Origin: Promethearchaeota archaeon
Lineage (GTDB): Archaea > Asgardarchaeota > Lokiarchaeia > Sigyniarchaeales > SOKP01
Assembly: GCA_019057795.1 (NCBI GenBank)
Contig: JAHLWS010000078.1
Coordinates: forward strand, 1-64,000
Direction: 5' to 3'
Length of the DNA stretch: 64,000 nt
Numbering within the stretch: the stretch's first letter is position 1; every line of letters begins with the position of its first letter. Below, one piece after another: positions 28,588 through 38,899 of this stretch. The translations under genes and the position numbers were made by a program. Under the pieces are notes generated by a model. It was not told the origin of the DNA. It made no database searches and saw only the letters and a list, made by a program, of their open reading frames with translations.

Positions 28588-29394
28588 TTGGACATAGATT
28601 TGCCTTTTAAACACGAAGATGAGAAAGACTTTTTGAATAGGATCCATCCCTTAGTTCGTTTTATCCTCCCGTTCATTTTTGTCCTCCCTTTCCTAATTAT
28701 AAACGATGTTTATCTAGTCGTTACAATAATATTGGTTGTTTTAATTTTTAATTTAGTGTTTCGCTTACATCTTACAAAGACACTTTCAAAACTTAAAGCG
28801 TTACTTCCTTTTATCCTACTTATTACGATTTTTGTACCTTTATACGTTGGAAACACCGTAATTTATCAATTAAATATTGGAATTTCGCTTAATATTTATA
28901 AAGAAGGTTTAATTTTTGCAACTTTATTATTTTTTAGAATTATAGGGTCTATGTTTGTATTTCTAACATTCTTCATGTCTTTAACCTATTCAGAATTTAT
29001 TGAAGCATTAACTAAACTCAGGGTAATTCCCTCATTTTTTATTGGAAGCATTGTTATTATGCTTCATTACTTACCAATTCTTGCAAAATCTAATAGAAAG
29101 ATATTGGAAGCACAAGATTTAAGAGGAAAAAGCTTCACATCCTATTGGCGTAGGCTTAAAACTCATGGATTTATAATGGGAAAGAATGTAGTAAACAACA
29201 TGGAGAGAAGCGAAAAATTGAACGAGAGTTTAAAAATGAGGGGTTTTTCTGGTAAGATTACTTTTGCTTCAAAAAAGATAAAGTTTGTAGATATATCAAT
29301 CGTGGCTATGTTTTTAAGCGTCGTAATTTATTTCATCTATTTTATTAATTTAGAACAAATATATATGGAGGTTTTCAAATTATTCCTCTCGTAG
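28588..29394 (+). CDS. cbiQ: ECF T component CbiQ/NikQ
   Basis: IHPLVRF start, EAQDLRG and SLKMRGF motifs. Confidence 0.88.
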   Translation: MDIDLPFKHEDEKDFLNRIHPLVRFILPFIFVLPFLIINDVYLVVTIILVVLIFNLVFRLHLTKTLSKLKALLPFILLITIFVPLYVGNTVIYQLNIGISLNIYKEGLIFATLLFFRIIGSMFVFLTFFMSLTYSEFIEALTKLRVIPSFFIGSIVIMLHYLPILAKSNRKILEAQDLRGKSFTSYWRRLKTHGFIMGKNVVNNMERSEKLNESLKMRGFSGKITFASKKIKFVDISIVAMFLSVVIYFIYFINLEQIYMEVFKLFLS

Positions 29395-30131
29395 AAGTTA
29401 AAAATGTGAACTTTGAGTATAATTCAAATTTTTCCATAAACGATTTATCATTAACCATAGAAGAAAATTCAATCTATGCTTTAACGGGGAACAATGGGTC
29501 CGGTAAAACTACGTTACTAAGGTTGTTGGTTGGTTTGCTGAAACCTAAATCTGGAACTATTAAAATATTTAACGAAATTTTAACCAGAGATAAAAATCAA
29601 TTGTGGAAGCTTAGACAAAGAATTGGTTTTTTATTTCAAAACCCTGACGACCAATTATTTGCGCCAACAATTGAAGAAGATGTAGGTTTTGGAGCGAGAA
29701 ATCTTGGTCTTGAAGAAGTCGAAGTGAAAGAGAGAGTTGAATGGGCGCTCGAAGCAGTTAATTTAACAGAATATAGAAAATTTTCTCCGTATGATTTATC
29801 TTGGGGCCAAAAGAAACGAGCTGCTTTGGCGGGATTGCTAGTTATGAAGCCTAAATTGTTAATTTTAGACGAGCCATTCGCAAATCTCGATTTTAGATCG
29901 ATTTATAACCACCTAAAAATTTTAGAAACCCTTAGAAAAGAAGAAAAGATGACTATTTTGTTCACTACTCATAATCTTTTTTTTATAGAACATTGGGCGG
30001 ATAAAGTGCTTGTGTTAAACGATGGAAAGGCGGTATTTGAAGGTAACATAGAAGAAGGATTAAACAGCCCCAAAATTAAAAAGCTCTTAGGATCTTACGA
30101 AGATATTTTAAATCTTCTTAACCAAAAGTAA
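29379..30131 (+). CDS. cbiO: ECF ATPase CbiO/NikO (probable ATT start)
   Basis: GNNGSGKT, FQNPDDQLF, LSWGQKKR, LDEP; frame extends to IIPLVEVKNV after a GGAGGT SD. Confidence 0.9.
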   Translation: MIPLVEVKNVNFEYNSNFSINDLSLTIEENSIYALTGNNGSGKTTLLRLLVGLLKPKSGTIKIFNEILTRDKNQLWKLRQRIGFLFQNPDDQLFAPTIEEDVGFGARNLGLEEVEVKERVEWALEAVNLTEYRKFSPYDLSWGQKKRAALAGLLVMKPKLLILDEPFANLDFRSIYNHLKILETLRKEEKMTILFTTHNLFFIEHWADKVLVLNDGKAVFEGNIEEGLNSPKIKKLLGSYEDILNLLNQK

Positions 30132-30188
30132 ATTAATTTTCCCATTTAAATAGAAAGATTTTTTTAGCTCGTTTTTTATATAATTATT

Positions 30189-30496
30189 GGGAAAATGATG
30201 ATGGAACATTGGCATATTCGAGGACACGTATGATAACCCGTGATTACGTGTGCAAACTTATGCAGACATCCTGAGTTTATTAATCAACAATTTACTGCAT
30301 CAAAAATGGGCTCTTAATCAAGCTAAGGTAATACCGTGCGATGAGATTCGAGTCAGCACCCAGCGTGCAGATATGATTATGCCCCAAAAGGCATAGAAAT
30401 TACCGCCTAGCACGAGAGAACTTATTTGATTTTATGGAATAACCATTAGATGATAAATGTGTGTTAGTGTTTTAGGCAACAATATATGCTGATTTT
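30189..30496 (+). ncRNA. Candidate ~300-nt structured RNA closed by box C/D
   Basis: AAA-ATGATGA (30195-30201) ... CTGA-TTTT (30489-30496); raised GC; several nested helices; no ORF in the track; T-rich TATA-like element ~30 nt upstream. Confidence 0.65.
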
Positions 30497-30539
30497 AAAA
30501 AGAATTTGTACTTACTTCAAAAAGAGAAAAGAATATTCA

Positions 30540-31013
30540 TCATAAAAGGCTAATCGTGTCTGAATTAAAGAGTTCTTTCAACTCTTTATTTATTTCTCCT
30601 TCCTCTGCTTGAAGGTATCGGTTCAAAATTACTGCAATCTTTATCGAATACTTGTTCATTATCGCTCTTACAAGCCCTATTTGAATATTTTTATCTGAAG
30701 CAACGCACAAGACTCCTTTACCTGCTTTTATAGAAAAAATCATCCCTTTAAAATATTCAGTGATTTGTAGGTGAATGTTTCCATAACCGAGGATGTACCC
30801 TTGTTCTTCGCCAGCGGTGAACACTGCGCCTCCAATTGCTCCAATTTTTTCGACGGAGATGTCGTCTTTGGAAGACTTTAGAATGAATTTAGACTCGCTC
30901 ACAATAGTTATTCCAGTGTCGTCTATTATTATAGCGTATTTTAAGCCTGGCGTACTATTAATAATCTCGTTTAATATTTTTTTTAAAGTACGCTCGTCTT
31001 GAGAATAACTCAA
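30540..31013 (-). CDS. Roadblock/LC7 domain protein
   Basis: PGLKYAIIIDDTGITIVS...IGAIGGAV...NIQIGLVR. Confidence 0.88.
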   Translation of the reverse strand: MSYSQDERTLKKILNEIINSTPGLKYAIIIDDTGITIVSESKFILKSSKDDISVEKIGAIGGAVFTAGEEQGYILGYGNIHLQITEYFKGMIFSIKAGKGVLCVASDKNIQIGLVRAIMNKYSIKIAVILNRYLQAEEGEINKELKELFNSDTISLL

Positions 31014-31188
31014 TTGTTTCTACCTTTCATTTTTTAATCAAAATAAATATTATCTAGGGCGTTTTATTATACTAAAGAATTTATTTAAAGTAAACTCTAA
31101 TCATTCTTTATTAAGTTTATAGTAAAAAAATAAGATTCTATCTATAAAAATTTAATTCACTCTAGATAGTTTTATGTTGCGCAACGGA

Positions 31189-31545
31189 TTAAAATAGCTC
31201 TTGCGACCTAATCAAAGTTTTTAAGGGTTTTACTCTGTTTTTATTATTTTTCGATTTTTCTAATAAAATAAATAGTTTAAACTTCTTTCCTTTATCAATA
31301 TCAAACTTCAACTGAACTAAATTTGGATCGTTTAGGATATCCTTATTCTCCTTATTTTTGGAAATTGCCCATAAAGCTAGTTTATTCTCGTGAATCCAAA
31401 GTCTTTTTGAGATATCCGAGCCTATTGCGAATCCGTTATTATCTGTTATTACGCCTGCTACAAAATTGGGGAAATTTTTCTTAATCCTGTGTAAGAAATA
31501 ATTTACTTCAACTTGATTTATTAATTTAGTATTCTCCTGTTTCAT
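31189..31545 (-). CDS. Divergent roadblock/profilin-like small protein
   Basis: FVAGVITDNNGFAIGS resembles the roadblock beta-hairpin; adjacent to a roadblock gene. Confidence 0.45.
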   Translation of the reverse strand: MKQENTKLINQVEVNYFLHRIKKNFPNFVAGVITDNNGFAIGSDISKRLWIHENKLALWAISKNKENKDILNDPNLVQLKFDIDKGKKFKLFILLEKSKNNKNRVKPLKTLIRSQELF

Positions 31546-31658
31546 AATACTTGACCTATCAAAATCATATAATCGATAGAATAAAATTGGAAAAAAAAGT
31601 CTTAAATCAGTATATTATGAAGGTATTACAAAAAAGAGAGTTTGTACAAAATGAAAAA

Positions 31659-32624
31659 TTATTTTTTCTTTATACTAATTCCGAGATCTAAATTTTCAAT
31701 AAGTTCGGAGAAGCGATTTCGAACCGTCACCTCTGTGACTTGACTAACTTTGGCTATTCTCCTTTGAGTTCTTCGTTCTTTAGTAAGAATTGATGCGGTA
31801 TAAATTGCTGCGGCGCATAGTCCCGTTGGACCGCGACCAGAGGTTAGCCCCCTTAATTCAGCCATTTGAATAATTTTCTTTGCTGTTTTTTGGCAATCTG
31901 TAGATAGTTCTAATTCAGATATAAATCGAGTAAGAAAATCTAATGCTTTAGTTGGGTTTAAATTTAGTCCTAATTCCCTTGAGATAAATCTAAAGGAACG
32001 TCCTATTTCTTTTTTATCAACACGAGCAACTTCTGCTATCTCGTTTAATGTGCGTGGTACTTTAAACCTTCTACAAGCGGCATATAGACTTGCAGCAGCA
32101 ACGCCTTCAATGCTTCTCCCTCGAATAAGATGAGCTCTAACAGCGTCTCTATAAATTTTTGCAGAACATTCTCGAAGATTTTTCTGAAGATCAAGGTTTG
32201 AAGCCATGCGATCTAATTCACTTAAGGCAAAAGTCAAGTTTCTTTCAGTTGCATCTGATACTCTAATCCTACTTTGCCATTTTCTCAAGCGATATATTTG
32301 ACCTCTAATCTTAGCAGAGATTTCTTTACCAAAGATATCCTTATTCTTCCAATCAATCATCGTGGAGAGCCCTTTGTCGTGGATCATATAAGTCATTGGA
32401 GCTCCTGTCCTAGTTCTTTTCTTTTTTTGATCTGCATCAAAAGCACGCCATTCAGGCCCCTGATCTATATGTTTTTCTGAGTGTACTAAACCACATTCTT
32501 GACAAACTAATGAACCTCTATTTTCGTCAAATAGAATATTTTTACCGCATTCGCTACAATTAGTATGACTTTTTCCAAAATCAATTTCTTCGGATGCATT
32601 GCTTTGGTTCCAACTTGAAATAAT
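31659..32624 (-). CDS. tfb: Transcription initiation factor IIB (full length needs an ATT start at 32624 or 32621)
   Basis: In-frame upstream Zn ribbon CSECG...LVCQECG and B-reader GPEWRAF; cyclin repeats [15 protein letters not shown]. Confidence 0.95.
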   Translation of the reverse strand: MISSWNQSNASEEIDFGKSHTNCSECGKNILFDENRGSLVCQECGLVHSEKHIDQGPEWRAFDADQKKKRTRTGAPMTYMIHDKGLSTMIDWKNKDIFGKEISAKIRGQIYRLRKWQSRIRVSDATERNLTFALSELDRMASNLDLQKNLRECSAKIYRDAVRAHLIRGRSIEGVAAASLYAACRRFKVPRTLNEIAEVARVDKKEIGRSFRFISRELGLNLNPTKALDFLTRFISELELSTDCQKTAKKIIQMAELRGLTSGRGPTGLCAAAIYTASILTKERRTQRRIAKVSQVTEVTVRNRFSELIENLDLGISIKKK

Positions 32625-32668
32625 TTACACCTTTTTAGATATTTTTTTTTAAAAACTAATATAAAATA

Positions 32669-32917
32669 CTAATGTAATTTAGCGTAGATAGTATCATTTG
32701 GATTAAATTTTTTGTTAGGTAAAATATTTATAGAAACAAAGGGCAATTTTATAGGACCAAAAATTTCTTTAATATACCCAATTTCTTCATATTGTTCAGT
32801 AAAAACAGGTTTATGAAAAATTGCTTCGAGGTTTTTATCCCACTTTTTGGCTCTAAAGATATGATGTTTCTTAGAATTCCCGAGAAAAAATAGATTTAGC
32901 TTAATATATTTTTGCAA
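32669..32917 (-). CDS. gar1: H/ACA RNP component Gar1/Naf1
   Basis: IGYIKEIFGPIKLPFVSI motif; gar1-tfb order is conserved in archaea. Confidence 0.85.
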   Translation of the reverse strand: MQKYIKLNLFFLGNSKKHHIFRAKKWDKNLEAIFHKPVFTEQYEEIGYIKEIFGPIKLPFVSINILPNKKFNPNDTIYAKLH

Positions 32918-33182
32918 ACAACGACCCTAACTATTATTTAAAATATAGAATAGAAAATTGAAAAGTAATATTTAAATATACCCTTTATTTAAAAAGGGCT
33001 TACAAAAATGATTATTTTAATATAAATGTACGTTATTTTTAAAATCGTAATAAGCGGGAAATGGGTGGGATATATAAATCAATTATTGATTTTCGATAAA
33101 AATACAAAAATTCTGTCAGTTTTTGATTACTTTTAAAAATAAGTTTAAGAATTTCTTTTAATTGTCATCTTAATTGTATTTA

Positions 33183-34286
33183 TTATATGAAATTTTTCTG
33201 CAACTGATATTTTATCAGGCAACCACATGAGTAGCTATCGTCTTTTTTTATTAAATGATTAATATTTTGAGACAATACAAACTCTTTGAGAGAGTTTATC
33301 ATAAATTCGTTGCAATCTCTTTTTAAACAATTGTGAATTCCTCTTTTCGAGCCAGCTCCAGAGGGAGACGATATAATCCTAACTGAATCCAAGATAGTCT
33401 TGTCTTTACAAGCTTTAATTATACATTTAAATAAAGAATAAAACCAAGGTGGCCGATATCTGTTCTGATACCATAAATATTCCACTAGCGAATTTTTTTG
33501 AATGTTGAGAGGGTTGATAGAAATAGTATTAACCTTTAATTCAGCTAATTTTTGAATAGAACTAGCACAATCATCTATTGCTGTTTGTTCGTTTAGGAAT
33601 GGTGGTTTAAACAATAAATATACTCTCACACCTACATTATTTTCCTTACAAATTTGGACTGCCTTTAAAAAATCTTCGAATTTTAGGCCTTTATTTACGT
33701 ATGTATTTCTAATATAATCATTTACCGTTTCCAAACCTATTGCTACTTCGATGTACTTATTTTCTAATGTGTTTTTCATTTTTTTAAGCTTCTCACGAGT
33801 TATATAATCAACTCGAGATTCTACAACGATTTCTTTTATTTTAGGGACTTCAGCGATTTTTTTATATATATGTTCACGAACATCAGCAGATATTTCGTCG
33901 TCATCGAAAAAACTTCCAGAATTAAAAATCTTGAGGATAAAATCATCTTTATCAATAGAAATTTCCTTGATTTTTTTTTGGAAGGCATAATCAAATTGGT
34001 TGATAATGTGAACAGGGTCAATTTCTTCAATGGTAGAATCTTGAATATATCCACACATGGAACACCCTCCAGTTTCTCCTAATGCCCAACTACATCCCTT
34101 TGTTCTTAATATAGTCGTGAATTCCTTTCCTTTTTCTTTGAGCAAACGATCTTCTTTTATCCAAAAACTTACTGGTTTATCTAATCGTTCGTCTTCAAAT
34201 TTTGACTTTTTTCTAATAGCTTTAGATCTAAGTGCTTTGATTTTTTCAACGAGGAAATTATTTTCATTTAATTTTTCCGTAGACAT
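33183..34286 (-). CDS. Archaeosine biosynthesis radical SAM protein RaSEA
   Basis: LRTKGCSW...GGCSMCGY, KIFNSGSF, YRPPW, RGIHNC; adjacent to arcS. Confidence 0.9.
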   Translation of the reverse strand: MSTEKLNENNFLVEKIKALRSKAIRKKSKFEDERLDKPVSFWIKEDRLLKEKGKEFTTILRTKGCSWALGETGGCSMCGYIQDSTIEEIDPVHIINQFDYAFQKKIKEISIDKDDFILKIFNSGSFFDDDEISADVREHIYKKIAEVPKIKEIVVESRVDYITREKLKKMKNTLENKYIEVAIGLETVNDYIRNTYVNKGLKFEDFLKAVQICKENNVGVRVYLLFKPPFLNEQTAIDDCASSIQKLAELKVNTISINPLNIQKNSLVEYLWYQNRYRPPWFYSLFKCIIKACKDKTILDSVRIISSPSGAGSKRGIHNCLKRDCNEFMINSLKEFVLSQNINHLIKKDDSYSCGCLIKYQLQKNFI

Positions 34287-36354
34287 TTGCAATTTTACCT
34301 GTTTTTGAATTCTTAATATAATTTGAACCAACTTCTAGGTTCCCTAATCCAATTAAACTCTTTTTATCTTTGTCGAAAATAAGCGTAAAATCTTTTGGAA
34401 CGAGATTTGGACTATAACTTACAATCCCAGGACGAAATAAGGTGTTACCCTTAATTATTTGTCCATCAAAAACTATAAAATTCGTATTTTCATTTAAAGG
34501 TAATAATCTATTCGCTCCTGAAAGATTTAATTCAATTTGTCCCGTTTTAAAATTGAATTTTCCAAGATACTCATTATTTATCAAGTCAAATATTTCTATT
34601 TGGTGTCTTCTTTCATTTTTTCTAGTCCTAATTCCATTAAAACATATTTTTTCTCCAGCCCCTGTTCCAAATTGATAATCCAATATTTTAATAAATTTAC
34701 GAGTCCAACTCTTTGAGAAATTTTTATTTTTTGGAATAGGTTTTAGTGGTTTAAACGAATCTTTTAGGTCAATAATACTGTTTTCTAAAGATTTTAAGGA
34801 TTCAATGGTAGTTAGATTGTTTTTAATTCCCGTGAAGTAAAATTTATTCTTTAGTATTAATCGAGCGTTATCTATAATTTTTAAGTATCCGGGTTCTTTT
34901 AAATAACATATAATAGGTATGTCCTTATCATATTTCTCTAGTAGTTTAATTAACATATTTGAAGCAATTGATATTTCTTCATTATCCCAATCCCCAGTTA
35001 CTGAAATGTCATATGAATTTACGGGGTATATATTTTCAAGTTGTCTAGGAATGGCTCCTAAGGGAGAAGTTAAAATTATTTCTTGAAAATCAGGAAAATC
35101 ACGAAATTTTCTAATTATGCTGTAAAATTTCTTGTGAGATTTCGACTCGGAGTACGGTTTTTTTGCCGAGCAAGGAAGTATGATAATCAATTTTGTCCAT
35201 GATTCAGGCGTAAAACTTTTCAATAATCTCTCCCGAAATTCTTGGAAATCTGGTCTATAATATGAAGATGGACCAAAACATTTAATGATCTTGTTCGCTT
35301 GAGTTATCGGAGTTTCAAGTTTCATCGCGTTAAAGTACTGTTTATCTAAGACTTTCAAAGTAGATATTATGTTCATGTCGTCAAATGAGGATTTTTCGAC
35401 GAAACCTCGAAAATCCTCCATTCGCAAATACAACTTTATTTTATTCATGTATGTATAAGCGGATATAATATTATGAAGAGTTAATTGTTCTATTTTTTCA
35501 GAAGAATATTTGTTTTCTAGGATATATTTTAATTTCCTTTTGCAAATAGAACACGAGCAGGGTAAATATTTTAATTTATAAATGGGAAGTAAATGTTCTA
35601 TAGTATCGTAGAAATTTTCAGAAGATAAATATAATAGATAGGAACAATCAATTAAATCTACTCCTAAATAGACTAAAATTGGATAAAATTTCGGAATAAT
35701 TCTACCTGAAGCCATTAAGACTAAATTATTGTCGAGCTCTTGTTTAATTTGAATAATTATATTTAAAATATTTCTATATTTACTAAATACATCAAATAGA
35801 TCGACTAAATTTAATATTCTCACATTACTGTTATCCTTAATTAAAGGAAGATATAGATCAAATAATTCGGGATACTCAAAGATCTTAATAGATAAACCAA
35901 AATCTAAATTTCGATATTGATTTAAGATTTGATTGGCGTTGGTTATAAAATGTATAATTTCGTTTTTAGCGAAATCCTTATTTATGGTCGTAGTAGGGAT
36001 ATTAAACGGAATTAAAGGTACAATATTATCCTCTGAAAATATATCAATATTATTAACTAAAATTTCTTTAAATCTTTCCATTGAACCATTGTGCTTATAA
36101 ATAAAGCCAGTATGTTTAAACTTTTCTCGTAAAAACCCAATTTTCAAATAGAATTCTTTTAAGATCAAAAATACCTCGTGGTCTTCAAATTCCTCAAGAA
36201 AACTTATATGGTTTATTAAACTTTTCTTCATCGGAATGAGGATATTAGGTGTCGATATAAACCTTTTAGATTCTTTTGAACAAATTATTCTTCCTACTCT
36301 AGAAAATCCTATTCCTTTAGTTATTAATTCAAAAAAATAATTCATGTTCTTCAA
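34264..36354 (-). CDS. arcS: Archaeosine synthase subunit alpha (TGT-like, DUF5591, PUA)
   Basis: LGVDLID, LPCSAKKPYSESKSH, TSPLGAIPRQLE, YDISVTGDW, LDYQFG, PUA tail. Confidence 0.88.
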   Translation of the reverse strand: MKNMNYFFELITKGIGFSRVGRIICSKESKRFISTPNILIPMKKSLINHISFLEEFEDHEVFLILKEFYLKIGFLREKFKHTGFIYKHNGSMERFKEILVNNIDIFSEDNIVPLIPFNIPTTTINKDFAKNEIIHFITNANQILNQYRNLDFGLSIKIFEYPELFDLYLPLIKDNSNVRILNLVDLFDVFSKYRNILNIIIQIKQELDNNLVLMASGRIIPKFYPILVYLGVDLIDCSYLLYLSSENFYDTIEHLLPIYKLKYLPCSCSICKRKLKYILENKYSSEKIEQLTLHNIISAYTYMNKIKLYLRMEDFRGFVEKSSFDDMNIISTLKVLDKQYFNAMKLETPITQANKIIKCFGPSSYYRPDFQEFRERLLKSFTPESWTKLIIILPCSAKKPYSESKSHKKFYSIIRKFRDFPDFQEIILTSPLGAIPRQLENIYPVNSYDISVTGDWDNEEISIASNMLIKLLEKYDKDIPIICYLKEPGYLKIIDNARLILKNKFYFTGIKNNLTTIESLKSLENSIIDLKDSFKPLKPIPKNKNFSKSWTRKFIKILDYQFGTGAGEKICFNGIRTRKNERRHQIEIFDLINNEYLGKFNFKTGQIELNLSGANRLLPLNENTNFIVFDGQIIKGNTLFRPGIVSYSPNLVPKDFTLIFDKDKKSLIGLGNLEVGSNYIKNSKTGKIANVYGKIK

Positions 36355-36440
36355 TTAAAGATATCATTCAAAGGTATTTAAATTAATTTTTTTCTACTTT
36401 TTTAAATTCAAGCTACAAAATAAGAATTATCAAATTAAAA

Positions 36441-37400
36441 TCAAAATAATTTAAAGTTTGTGTACGGTTTCAACTCATCAAGTACAAAATTAGTATAAGT
36501 ATCTTCCATATCTTCTGATTCGTAGAGATTTTTGATAAAATCTCCGAACTCTTCGATTTTTTTTACTCGAACAATTGCTAACAATCCGTATTGTTCGCCC
36601 ATCCTGAATAGATACACAATTTCATCTCTTCTTACTAAGCTTAGTGCCAATTCACTATATTTCGAAGAATCTTTAGGTTTAATTCTTACTATAAATTTCC
36701 CTTTAAATCCCACCTCTTTTGGCTTAAAATTTATGGAATAATTAAGTACAACGCTTGATTCTTCAAGTTTTTTTATTCTATTGTAAATAGTAGATTGTGA
36801 CAGCTCTACATTATATCTTTTCTTGAAAATTTTGGAAATTTCGTAAGTAGAAATCAATTTTAAATTTTGTTCGTTCTCCATTATTTTCAGAATATTATAA
36901 TCAATTTGGTCAAGGTTTAGATCTATTTCCAGTTCTGTTGTCGTTACATCTATTCCATTAGTTTTGAACACTTTTATCGCTTCAATTATCTGATATTTCT
37001 TAAAATAAGATGTTCCCATTATTTCATCTATTTTTAGGAGAACTTTGTTAAACTCATCAGAATCGTTAAACACAAATAGAGCAATGAGTGAGTACTCTCC
37101 AAAAATTCCATCCAGCATTTTCATTTGAGGAATTTTTAACAAATCTTCGACGATGTGTGGCTCTTTAGGGTTTGTTTTTATTTCCAAAATTACATATTTT
37201 AAATTGGGTCGAATATTAGGGTTGATATTAATAGTGAAATTTTTAATTATTCCTTTATCCTTTAACATTTCAAATTTATTTTGAAAAGTTTGTCTAGTAA
37301 TCCCCAATTCTTTTGAAATTTTTGAGATATTAGGTTTTGATTTTGTATTGACATTTTTCAATATCTCAAAAGATTTTATATGATTTTTGCTGCTCACCAT
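36441..37400 (-). CDS. Tandem Lrp/AsnC-family regulator, divergent from ahcY
   Basis: Two HTH-RAM units (GIFGEYSL; RMGEQYGL); likely ATG at 37400. Confidence 0.8.
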   Translation of the reverse strand: MVSSKNHIKSFEILKNVNTKSKPNISKISKELGITRQTFQNKFEMLKDKGIIKNFTININPNIRPNLKYVILEIKTNPKEPHIVEDLLKIPQMKMLDGIFGEYSLIALFVFNDSDEFNKVLLKIDEIMGTSYFKKYQIIEAIKVFKTNGIDVTTTELEIDLNLDQIDYNILKIMENEQNLKLISTYEISKIFKKRYNVELSQSTIYNRIKKLEESSVVLNYSINFKPKEVGFKGKFIVRIKPKDSSKYSELALSLVRRDEIVYLFRMGEQYGLLAIVRVKKIEEFGDFIKNLYESEDMEDTYTNFVLDELKPYTNFKLF

Positions 37401-37560
37401 AATAATTTTTAAGTAATTGCTATTTAAGAATATAATTGTTTGTATAAAAATTGCATAATTTAGTTTACACTTTTTGATAATCATATTTAAATAATATCAT
37501 AAAATTATTAGATTAACATATTGTTAAAATTTATCATTTTTGTGAATAGTGAAATTGAAT

Positions 37561-38829
37561 ATGGTTAATTATAAAGTAGCTGATGAAAACCTTGCTGAAA
37601 AAGGCAAAGAAGCTCTATATGTAGCTGAATCTAAAATGCCAGTTACAGCCGAAATTATTCGTAAGAGATTTTCCAAAGAAAAGCCCTTGAAAGGCATAAC
37701 AATTGCAGGATGTTTACATATTACTAAAGAAACCGGAATTCTTGCTCGTACTTTGAAAGCAGGGGGTGCTGAAGTCTATTTATGTGGAAGTAATCCGTTA
37801 TCTACTCAAGATGATGTTGCTGCTGCCTTAGTTCAAGAAGGAATAAATGTTTTTGCGTGGCATGGAAATACAGACGAAGAATTTTATTGGTGTATTCGAG
37901 AGTGTCTCAAGGCAAAACCGAATATTTTAATTGATGATGGTGCGGATATGATTGTTACTGCTCATAAGGAGTTTCCAGAGTTGATTGAAAAGGGCACGAT
38001 AATTGCATGTCAAGAAGAAACTACCACTGGAGTAAAAAGATTTAAAGCAATGAATAAAAAAGGAGCGCTGAAAGTTCCCTTATTTCCTGTGAATGATGCA
38101 AGGTGTAAGAATCAATTTGATAACGAGTTAGGAACGGGACAAGGCATTATTTCTGCAATATACGGTATGCATGTTCTCTTCGCAGGAAAAAATGTTCTGA
38201 TTGCAGGGTTCGGGCATTGCAGCTCGGGAATGGCATTAAGAGCTAGAGGATTAGGTGCTAATGTAACGGTTACTGAAGTTGATGCAATAAAAGCTTTGCA
38301 AGCCAAATTCGCAGGATATAATGTTATGCCCATTCTTGAAGCAATTCCAGACGCTGATATTATCCTTACAGCGACAGGATGCAAGCATGTAATCCCTGCA
38401 AAAACAGAAGTATTCGATAAACTTAAGGACAACGTCATCCTTGGGAATCTTGGTCATTTCGACATTGAAATTCCAACCAAAGAATTGTATGAACATGCCA
38501 AGGAAATAAAGCCAGTTAGAACGAATGTAGAAGAATTAATCTTTCCTAATGGAAAAAAAGTTTATCTGCTAGCTAAGGGAAGGCTCGCAAATCTCGTTTT
38601 GTCTGAAGGGCATCCTAGCGAAGTTATGGATATGTCGTTTGCTCTGCAATCTTTAATGTCCGAGTACATTGTGAAAAATAAAGCCTCTTTTAAGCCGGGC
38701 ATGATTAGTATTCCGCCTGAGATAGACGATAAAGTTGGTTATTTGAAATTAAAAACCATGGGTGTTAAAATAGATAAATTAACAGACGAGCAGTACAGTT
38801 ACATTCATGGATATGAAGAAGGGACTTAA
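37561..38829 (+). CDS. ahcY: S-adenosylhomocysteine hydrolase
   Basis: CLHITKET, SNPLSTQD, EETTTG, GHFDIEI, GHPSEVMD. Confidence 0.97.
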   Translation: MVNYKVADENLAEKGKEALYVAESKMPVTAEIIRKRFSKEKPLKGITIAGCLHITKETGILARTLKAGGAEVYLCGSNPLSTQDDVAAALVQEGINVFAWHGNTDEEFYWCIRECLKAKPNILIDDGADMIVTAHKEFPELIEKGTIIACQEETTTGVKRFKAMNKKGALKVPLFPVNDARCKNQFDNELGTGQGIISAIYGMHVLFAGKNVLIAGFGHCSSGMALRARGLGANVTVTEVDAIKALQAKFAGYNVMPILEAIPDADIILTATGCKHVIPAKTEVFDKLKDNVILGNLGHFDIEIPTKELYEHAKEIKPVRTNVEELIFPNGKKVYLLAKGRLANLVLSEGHPSEVMDMSFALQSLMSEYIVKNKASFKPGMISIPPEIDDKVGYLKLKTMGVKIDKLTDEQYSYIHGYEEGT

Positions 38830-38899
38830 ACATTTTAATAACATAATTTTTTATTTATTTTTATAATTTCTATTACTAAGCTTTTTTTTATTTTGTCTT

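Noticed and set aside
30189-30496. SRP RNA, RNase P RNA, SECIS or telomerase-RNA identity
   Set aside because: No SRP helix-8 motif or P4 GAGGAAAGUCC on either strand; the ATGA hairpin is too short for SECIS; TAACCC alone is not evidence of a template
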